Assembly: GCA_024346625.1 (NCBI GenBank)
Contig: AP024665.1
Coordinates: 992,001-1,056,000 of the forward strand
DNA length: 64,000 nucleotides
Direction: 5' to 3'
Origin: Williopsis jadinii
Lineage: Eukaryota
Position 1 is the stretch's first letter. Each line of letters opens with the position of its first letter. The notes below the pieces were generated by a model. The model did not search any database. It saw only the letters and a list, made by a program, of their open reading frames with translations, and was not told the origin of the DNA. The translations under genes were made by a program, and so were the position numbers. Positions 55,943 to 64,000 of this stretch are shown piece by piece.

Positions 55943-57310
55943 TCAACCTTCTTGTGCAGGTGCAGTTTCTAAAACTTGATCATCAGGAACAGCAAATTGT
56001 CTCTCATTAGTTTTAGTCCAAGTCAAGTTCTTAGCTGGGACTGCAGTTTGGGCTTTACCGTTTGGGTGCTGGAACAGGCATTTTGGATTCTTACACTGTT
56101 CACCAAAACGACACTCTTCATCAATTGGGTGAGAGAAGTAGCAATCAATTCTTGTGCAGTTTGCACCGTCACGGCATAATACTGGTGATGTAGCATGACG
56201 GAACTTGCAATGACGATTGGTACAGTTCATTCCGAATTTACAGGCTGCAAGGGATCTCTCCTGTGGTGCCTGTTGTTGAGGCGCCTGTTGTTTGAAAGGT
56301 TTCACCTCTCTAATCTTGGACAAGGATGAATGTGCCTTTGTACAGCTTGGATTTGAACAGTTAAGGTTTTCAGGGCACCATTCCAAGGTTATCACCTTTG
56401 CATCTTCATTGGCTGGTGTTGGATGGCCAAATGGGCATTGTTGGTTTGAGCATGTGACACCAAACTTACACAATGTTAACCCTACCTGATTTTGTATGGC
56501 TTTGTTTCTCTTCTCCTGATAAAACTCTTTAACTTTGTTCCATTCTTCAATAAGGGCATCATCTTCGCCTGGATGGAGGTAATTACACGTTCCTGGTGCG
56601 TTTTCACACTTTCCCTCTTGGAAACGGAAACATAAGGTGGAAGGATGTGCATACATACAGTTCTTACCCAGGGGACAATGTGGGAACTTATCACAGCGAC
56701 CTTTCTTTTTGATCTGTCCTTTTGCGTTGATATAAGCATCACTTCCAGCCAGTGCTGACAAGTTCAAAGCCTTGGCAATGGCTTCCTGGTTCTTGAATGC
56801 AAAGTTTCTAGTGTTGCTGCTGTTATTATTTCTGAACCCACCTCTACCATTCTTTGACACGCCGTACCCGCCACGGGAGTAAGAAGCAGGCTTAGTTGGT
56901 AATGACCTTGTTGGTCTGTTACCTAGAATCAAGTCCGGTTCTTCATCTTGTGTATTTGATACTTGTTGCTGCTGTTGCTGCTGCTGCTGTAGTCTGTCTT
57001 GCCCTACTGGTGCATCTAATACCACATCCTGAGCTCCTTGCACTGGTTGCTGAGTTGATGCTGCAAGCTTCTGCTGATTGAACGTCTCCAAAGCCTTGTA
57101 CACGTTCTCCAAGGTCTGTCTAAGGTCATGATTGCCAAAGAGATCGTTCAATTGCGAGAGCGTCTCTTCTAAGGGTCTACCGTTGTTTACCAACAACGCA
57201 ATGTACTCGGCAATCTCCTTGATATCTTCGTCAAATCCGGGAACCAGCGATAGCTGCTCGGCAATGTATCTTTGGAAGTCCTCCCTTTCACTCTCAGATA
57301 ACGATACCAT
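55943..57310 (-). CDS. NAB2: Nuclear poly(A)-binding protein Nab2
   Basis: ATG 57310; PWI-like N-terminus, Q-rich region, RGG, seven CCCH fingers; near RPS2. Confidence 0.93.
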   Translation of the reverse strand: MVSLSESEREDFQRYIAEQLSLVPGFDEDIKEIAEYIALLVNNGRPLEETLSQLNDLFGNHDLRQTLENVYKALETFNQQKLAASTQQPVQGAQDVVLDAPVGQDRLQQQQQQQQQVSNTQDEEPDLILGNRPTRSLPTKPASYSRGGYGVSKNGRGGFRNNNSSNTRNFAFKNQEAIAKALNLSALAGSDAYINAKGQIKKKGRCDKFPHCPLGKNCMYAHPSTLCFRFQEGKCENAPGTCNYLHPGEDDALIEEWNKVKEFYQEKRNKAIQNQVGLTLCKFGVTCSNQQCPFGHPTPANEDAKVITLEWCPENLNCSNPSCTKAHSSLSKIREVKPFKQQAPQQQAPQERSLAACKFGMNCTNRHCKFRHATSPVLCRDGANCTRIDCYFSHPIDEECRFGEQCKNPKCLFQHPNGKAQTAVPAKNLTWTKTNERQFAVPDDQVLETAPAQEG

Positions 57311-57544
57311 GTTCAACCTTTCTGTTCTCTGCCTTGTGTTGTTGTTTTGTTATGATTTGCGCCTTGAACTACGTTGTTTCGGAGATGAAAAATTTCTTTC
57401 GCCATCCACACTTCTGGCACTCCAAAAGCGGAAATATTCGCGGCCTTTCTCCTCTGCTCGCTTTGTTTACAATCGCTAGTGAAGATAACAGCTACAACCA
57501 ATGTTGATGAGGGCTCTCTATGTATGCTGGTGTATTATGGTGCT

Positions 57545-58104
57545 TCATTGTGGTCCCAGATATCGATCCACCAGCCGTATGAACCTCTGGTTTGTGATTT
57601 TGCTCCCCGGCTTGAAATCGACCGGTGAGAGCGGATTCTTCACGATGTGCTCAACGTAGATGTTTGAGTAGACATCCCTCAGCTGTGTCTGGAGATTCTG
57701 CGTTTCCAGATCGCTGAGTATACACAGTCTCAGGCCAGAAGGTGACTCGTAGAAATGCGCACGGTACTTGGCCGTGGCGAAGGAGTTCAGCGTATTCTCC
57801 TGTTCTGGCGTATCGCCCACTTTACGTGCAATGTTCCTCAACGAGAACAGCACACCGAATAGCAGCTTTGCGTTGTCTTCATTGGCCTTCGCGTTGATGG
57901 TGCCGCTAGACTCCGTGGCTGGGTTCAAAACCTGTGTCCATTCTCTCGAATAGATACAATTGCCTACCATTGTTAGTATCTCATAATTGTTGTGTTGTTT
58001 GATGAAGTGCGGGGCTCACCACCACCACCACCACGCCCCTCCCATGGAGCAACGTCTGTATACTCACAATGTCTATCGAATATCCAAAAGGAAAATATCG
58101 TCAT
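57545..58104 (-). CDS. BET5: TRAPP subunit Bet5; exons 58104-58068 and 57963-57545
   Basis: Intron GTGAGT..TACTAAC..TAG gives MTIFSFWIFDRHCNCIYSREW; AKLLFG, VKNPLSP. Confidence 0.94.
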
Positions 58105-58407
58105 TATATCGCTTAAAGCAGTACGTCACAAGGGACTTCAGTGGAATGCTAGCACGAATTCAACCAAAAATTCACCAATCGCTGGAGTATTCCAGCGTGT
58201 TTCCAAAGAGTGTGAGAGCGTGCTTTTCCGTTTTCTTCCATTCGGAGAAACCAAGTTGTTTGATCCCCCCCCCGGCAGAATTTCACCACAGCAAGGAGAA
58301 GCACAGGCAAACACATATTTTACCCGTAGCTCGACACCGCAGGGGGAAAAACAGGGCAGGTATAAAACCCCCCACAAAACACCGTTGTTTATCCAGGTGA
58401 GTTGAAG

Positions 58408-59322
58408 ATGAAGCAGTCTTTGCAACTTTTCACTATGGCATCTCGTCGCTTGTCTTCAATTTCTCAACACGTTATTCCAAGACAGTACTCGACGCTCCAG
58501 GTTGGTGCAAAGTATACGAACGAATTCCAGAGCTATGTAAAGCTTGCGAACGGAGAGATCGGCTCGTGCTTCCACGATGTTCCCCTGGGGTTGGATAAGC
58601 AGACCAACACCGTCAATGCGCTGATCGAGATTCCTAGGTGGTCGAATGCGAAGTTCGAGATAAACAAGGAGATTGCGTTCAATCCAATAACGCAAGACTC
58701 TAAGAAAGGTAAGCCTCGGTTTGTCAAGAATCTATTTCCTTTCAAAGGTTATATTCATAACTACGGTGCAATTCCACAGACATGGGATGATCCGACTGTG
58801 GAGGACGTGGAGACTGGCTTCAGAGGTGATAATGACCCTATAGACGTGTGTGAAATTGGGTCAAGAATTGCACAAACCGGTGAAATCTACAGAGTGAAGG
58901 TACTAGGTGCATTGGCATTGATTGACGATGGTGAGCTGGACTGGAAAGTCATCGTTATAGATACAAGGGATCCATTATCCAAGCAACTGAGCGATATTGA
59001 AGATGTTGAAAGGGACATGCCAGGGTTGTTAGATGCCACTAGACGTTGGTTTAGAGAGTACAAATTACCAGATGGAAAACCAAAAAACGAGTTTGGTTAT
59101 GAAGAACAGTTCCTAAACGCCTCAAAGGCGATAGAGGTCATTGAGCATTCCCACCAATCGTGGAAGAAGCTGATCCAAGGTGAAGTCTCTGTTGAAAAAG
59201 TCTCCATCAAGAACGTCACGCTAAACGGTACCCCAGGTTATACATCTTCACCATCTGTTCAAGAGTCTATCAAGCCGGACGCAAAGATTCCAGATGATAT
59301 TGAAAAGAGCTATTTCTATTGA
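58408..59322 (+). CDS. PPA2: Mitochondrial inorganic pyrophosphatase (alternative ATG at 58435)
   Basis: Presequence; EIPRWSNAKFEI, DNDPIDV, DDGELDWK. Confidence 0.92.
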   Translation: MKQSLQLFTMASRRLSSISQHVIPRQYSTLQVGAKYTNEFQSYVKLANGEIGSCFHDVPLGLDKQTNTVNALIEIPRWSNAKFEINKEIAFNPITQDSKKGKPRFVKNLFPFKGYIHNYGAIPQTWDDPTVEDVETGFRGDNDPIDVCEIGSRIAQTGEIYRVKVLGALALIDDGELDWKVIVIDTRDPLSKQLSDIEDVERDMPGLLDATRRWFREYKLPDGKPKNEFGYEEQFLNASKAIEVIEHSHQSWKKLIQGEVSVEKVSIKNVTLNGTPGYTSSPSVQESIKPDAKIPDDIEKSYFY

Positions 59323-59384
59323 TACTACATGTGAATACAATTAAGAAGCATTAGAACGTTTAATACAAAACCAATCGATTAAAC

Positions 59385-60146
59385 TTAGTAAGCCTTCTTG
59401 GAAGCGGAAGCCTCCTCAGCGAAGACATCCAATGGAGACAAAGTCAATTGTTGCTCAGCCCACAAGTTTGGAGTCAAGAAACCGTAGGTGTTGGCAATAG
59501 CAACGAAAGCAGCCTTAACGGTGTTCTCCAAAGTTCTGGTGGAACCGGAAGAGGTGGTGTAACAATCTTCAACACCAGCCAATTGCAACAACTTCTTAAC
59601 AGCTGGGGAAGCAACAATTTCCTTACCTCTTGGAGCTGGGATCAATCTAACAGAGACGGAACCAGACTTACCAGTGGTCTTACAGGAGACAGTGTGTGGT
59701 TGACCCAAGTTGGTACCCCAGTAACCTCTTCTGATTGGAATGATAGAGAGCTTAGCAATGATGATAGCAGCTCTGATGGCAGTAGCAACCTCCTTAGCGG
59801 TCTTGATACCCAAACCAACGTGACCGTTGGAGTCACCAATGACAACAACAGCTTTGAATCTGGTTCTTTGACCGGCTCTGGTTTGCTTTTGGACTGGCTT
59901 GATCTTCATAACCTCATCCTTCAAGTCTGGCAAGAGTTGGTCAATGATTTGGAACTCCTTGACTGGGAGGGAGTGGAGGAAGATCTCCTCAATGGTGGAG
60001 ATCTTACCGGCCTTCACGAGTCTACCGAGCTTGGTGACTGGGACCCAACCCTTCTCCTCACCATCTCTTCTACCGCCTCTTCTACCTTGACGACCTCTAC
60101 CACGGCCACCGAAACCGCCTCTCTTTGGAGCTTCTGGAGCAGACAT
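59385..60146 (-). CDS. RPS2: 40S ribosomal protein uS5
   Basis: [38 protein letters not shown]; strong codon bias. Confidence 0.98.
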   Translation of the reverse strand: MSAPEAPKRGGFGGRGRGRQGRRGGRRDGEEKGWVPVTKLGRLVKAGKISTIEEIFLHSLPVKEFQIIDQLLPDLKDEVMKIKPVQKQTRAGQRTRFKAVVVIGDSNGHVGLGIKTAKEVATAIRAAIIIAKLSIIPIRRGYWGTNLGQPHTVSCKTTGKSGSVSVRLIPAPRGKEIVASPAVKKLLQLAGVEDCYTTSSGSTRTLENTVKAAFVAIANTYGFLTPNLWAEQQLTLSPLDVFAEEASASKKAY

Positions 60147-60338
60147 TTTATCTATTGCTGTTATTAGTTTAAAGCGTCGGGATTGTTCACGGAAAGTTGG
60201 GGTGGTAACTTTCAATCGACGTTTGTTAAAACTTGGAGCTCTTTCTTAAAGTCATGTGTGAAAGCAGAGAGAGTCCTTCTTTTTTTTCACCAACCACAGC
60301 ACACGCAGACTTGCACACAGTGCGAAAGATTTTTCAGT

Positions 60339-60381
60339 GGTGTGCGGATGTATAAAGTCCCAAAAAAAAGAAGCAGTCACA
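60339..60381. promoter_or_regulatory. RPS2 promoter: Rap1-like site and Homol-D box
   Basis: ACATCCGCACACC on the minus strand 60339-51; CAGTCACA 60374-81. Confidence 0.65.
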
Positions 60382-60801
60382 AATTTCACCCCACTGCGCC
60401 CGTGCCAATTATGTGATCCGGGCAACATTTGTTTCTGGAAATGCCTTCTCTGTATGAGAAGTAGCAGATTCTATTGGAGAGAGCAAGGCCACGAGACAAA
60501 TGACAGGCTTTATTCAATGCAGGAAGCAACTGACACAAACTTGTGAGCCATAGCAACATGTAATTTTTGCGCCTCTTTACAGCCAATGACATGTTGTGTG
60601 GAAATATACCTGAACTTTGCCAAACATTAGTGTGGGCGCTTTACAAGATTTACGCTTCAAGGAAATTGTAGTTATAATTATAGAATCTGAAAGGGGGCAT
60701 ATGGATAGTGTTTGACCCACTGATCAGGAACAAACTAATCAAGCACGACTATAAAAAGGTTCTTCTTATAATGGTAAAGGAGCAGTTGCAGATCAAGAGG
60801 A

Positions 60802-61392
60802 TCATTTGAGGCTCTTTTTGTCATACTTTGGGTAGTACTTCGTGAAGAGCACACCATCAAGAACAACGAGACCAACCAAACCAGCCAAGATAGCGGTAAT
60901 TTCACAGTCGGATTTGTATCTAAAGATCTTAGCACGTTCCTGGATTCCAATAACCAATCCGGTAATGGCACCAACAGCAACAACAGCTTGTGTAGCAACA
61001 ACAGGGTTCTGCAACTCTTCAGTGGCCTTGTGTGCACCTTTAGTGGTGGTATTCACAACGTAGCTAGCAGTGGCAGAAACTTTCTCGGCAATAGCCTTGA
61101 AGAATTCAATCACAGGGCCCTTCTTTTCGTTGTACTCCTTCTTGATTTTATCAGAAGCATCCTTCTCAGCCTTCTTCAAGTCGTCTTGAAGCTTCTTAGC
61201 TGTGGCACCAGCTTTGTGAGCAGCATCCTTAGCTTGAGACTTCAGGTCTTGTGCAGCTTTTTCGGCATCCTTGCTAGCATTGTTGACGTCCTTCTCAAGC
61301 TTGTCACCAACCTTAGTGCCAGCCTTGTTGGCATCTCTGGTAATCTCATCGGCGGCTTCTTGAGCAACTTCAGCGTAGCTTGGTTCAGTCAT
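60802..61392 (-). CDS. OM14: Mitochondrial outer membrane protein Om14 with extended hydrophilic N-terminus
   Basis: ELQNPVV and LDGVLFTKYYPKYDKK match the Om14 C-terminal domain. Confidence 0.85.
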   Translation of the reverse strand: MTEPSYAEVAQEAADEITRDANKAGTKVGDKLEKDVNNASKDAEKAAQDLKSQAKDAAHKAGATAKKLQDDLKKAEKDASDKIKKEYNEKKGPVIEFFKAIAEKVSATASYVVNTTTKGAHKATEELQNPVVATQAVVAVGAITGLVIGIQERAKIFRYKSDCEITAILAGLVGLVVLDGVLFTKYYPKYDKKSLK

Positions 61393-64000
61393 TGTAAGTG
61401 TTTTAAATTGATGTTATGTTGTGCGCTGTTGATGTCTCGTATTAATAAAAGTGGCAATTACGGTACTGATAAGCAATTCAGAGCGTTAAATAAAAAACCG
61501 AATCTGAAATATCAGTAATATAGAAGTGGTGTATGCAACTCAAGTTCAATCCGTGAAATCGATGTGTAATATGAGGTACTCAAGATATTGTGAATATCAA
61601 TAAGTGTTGATCAATTCTTTTTATAAAAGGGGTTGATTTTAAGGGAAAGAGATCCAAGGCCTTGACGAATAAAATGGTGTGGAGTTGCGGTGCGTTTTAT
61701 AAAGTGCTGTAGCAATCAAGAGACAATTATGCGCGGCCGGTAGGGGGGAGAGAATTTGCATACGTACAATTACAATGTATACCGGTGCGTTGTTGAAGTG
61801 CGCACCGGGTTATGAGCTGTAATGTGTGGCTCTCAGACCAATCAGAAGTGTTTATTACTTCTCTTTTCTGGATTATCTTTGCGCTCCTACTGCATTAGTG
61901 ATTGCTATGTTGTACGTCATTATATTGGGCAACCGAGCTGTTTGCTAAATGTTAGCAAACAATATGGTTAACTCGTTAACCCTAAGATACAGAAGTTTCA
62001 TTGGTTATACGATACAATAAAACCGGACCTCATGTAGGCCAAGCCTTACCCAATCACACCATTTGTATGGTGTGAGTTATACTGTCTTTAATTTTTTTGG
62101 CCTTGCCCCGAACGGTTGCGATAACTCGCAGCAGTTGTGTGGTTTTGATGCTGGTCAACTCGAAACACCGGACAAAATGGCTGTACCGGTTAACATGAAG
62201 GTTTCTCCCTTGCTGTTACCCACACCGATCATCACATTGAGGAAGGAGCATTGACGTCGAAGCCTGAACAACTTGCTGTGTGGAAAGCAACTGAATCCAT
62301 ATGACTATTCCAGGATGTCCCTTCCGCTCTTTCTTTAGCAAGAGTCTAGACATTTGGATTTACGAGGCCATTATGTAATTTCTATGTGTCTGGTACCAGA
62401 CTGGTCGCACGACAAGCTTTTTTACTGGCTGAGCTGCCAGGCTGACCCGCAATGGAGGATTTAGACTGGAGTGTTGGATGTATGCGAAGTCTCCGCTGTA
62501 ACGTAGGCTCATAATCAAGACAAGCTGATCTCTATTGGAGTAATGATTTTTGGACTCTCGGTGCCCTTGATTCCAAATGTCTGTTGTTTAATTTTGAACC
62601 TTGATCTAAAACAATTCGGAAACGTAATACACGTCACCTAAGAGATGCCCGCGATCGTCATGAGCCAACAACACGAAGGTGTTTCTATTTGTTGGTACAC
62701 TGTTTCTTTGACCACACTCTGATTTGGATTGAACCACAGCCTGCAATAATATTGTTCATTTTGCTACTAGCATGTTCATTTATTAATACAAGACGTCAGA
62801 CGTCACATGCCTCGCTGATAATCTAAGATTGTCACTCTGATTTTAGGTTAAGCGACGAAAAGTTTATACATATAGTAAAACCATGATTGATTTACCCTTG
62901 GAGTTTCGATGGATAGGTTGTGTTTCAATCAGTTCCATGCTCCGCACCACCAACTCTTGCTTCAACTCTGTTTGTTTCTTTTTGGTGTTGGTTTTCGGCG
63001 AACAAAAGCTTCAGCTAACTATATTTCACTACTATGTTGAAGACCAATTTCAACCGACCCCACTTTGAGTCGCTGTGTCTCTGAGAAGTGTACATTAGAA
63101 ACATTCTTTGATATCACAACTAGCTTCACCCAAATACTGCGAGTTAGGTATTCCAGTTGTGTAACTTTTTTGCCCAAAACGCAGCTCTCTTTCTCTCTTT
63201 CTCATTGCATAATCCATAATACTTATTTCAACATTGATCCTCACGATAATTAATATCAATGATCTTTCTCCTTCGAAGACAGTGCTTGAGTGTTCTTTTT
63301 AGTAAATATCAGTCATTAGCGGAACTCAAGTCCCTTTATGTGATCCACCGGACTTGTCCCATATACAGAGAAGGCAGTGGGTAATTTTTGTATACTTAGA
63401 AGAAATACAAGCACTGGTTACAGCTATGTTAAAATGCCTTTTCCTTAGATGACCTCCAACAATACATAATATATGTGAGTTCCCAGCATTAATGATCTTC
63501 TGAAATTTTGTCTCATCGCTATCGCAACGTCCATAACTCATTTGTATTGAATTTCTAAATGTGGAAGGTGGCTTGTAAGTGTGGCTTGTAAATCTGAGAA
63601 TCGGCTTAACATCGACATACTTGGAGAATACTGTTCCACTTGTTGATCAGGTGGCATTAGCGACATTGCATTCGATCTCCACCTTTTCAAATAATATCCA
63701 AATGTAATTAAAAATGGATAGTTATTACTAACGGAAACATTAGTTTTGACCGGTTTCTGACTTGTTCTACAAGAAGTAATTAAATAGCAAGGCACTTTTA
63801 TATACATGTCTGCACCATAATTAATTGATCTAGAGTCGTTAAATCTTGTGAGAACTCAAAATAGAAGTGCTTTCTGGAAACTACAAACGCACAGTAGATC
63901 ACACATTTAACCCAGACGACATCTACCTTTAGGGCCGGCAGACTAACCAACGGAGAATCTTTAAACGAACCCTTTCAATTAATTGTCGAATTTGGAAATT

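Noticed and set aside
59448..60167. 239-aa antisense ORF
   Set aside because: Mirror of the highly codon-biased RPS2
60147..60330. Possible RPS2 5'UTR intron (AACTAAT...TAG)
   Set aside because: Branch site is non-consensus and there is no canonical donor

Overview
Gene-dense budding-yeast (Saccharomycotina) chromosomal DNA. It uses the standard code (a conserved histone-fold Leu is CTG-encoded) and carries single copies of genes that are duplicate pairs in S. cerevisiae (TRE1/2, RSF2/TDA9). Short TACTAAC-type introns suggest a pre-WGD, non-CTG yeast; Phaffomycetaceae is a guess. About 32 protein genes are supported: CSE4 (partial, missed by the ORF track), ARP9, RRN9, SEC65, LNP1, a coiled-coil unknown, EFM3, DAL2, STR2, ENT3, CPR3, a 119-aa orphan, MNS1, CTF8, ATP18, TDA9/RSF2, NIP100, SPT14, TRE1/2, a YPL150W-like kinase, MRPL40, VPS27, HOF1, MDM1, TMA23, PRP24, NUP188, NAB2, BET5, PPA2, RPS2 and OM14. 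Seven introns were reconstructed. No tRNA, rRNA, transposon or CRISPR was seen. The best hidden element is an H/ACA snoRNA (snR3 homologue, ~14700-15139) about twice the S. cerevisiae length, owing to a ~290-nt structured insertion. Also notable are a CENP-A with a very short fission-yeast-like tail, an E-to-G change in an invariant GH47 motif of Mns1, a Rap1-like 13-mer in many promoters, and synteny consistent with a ~41-kb inversion. All assignments come from recalled motifs and homologues, not database searches.
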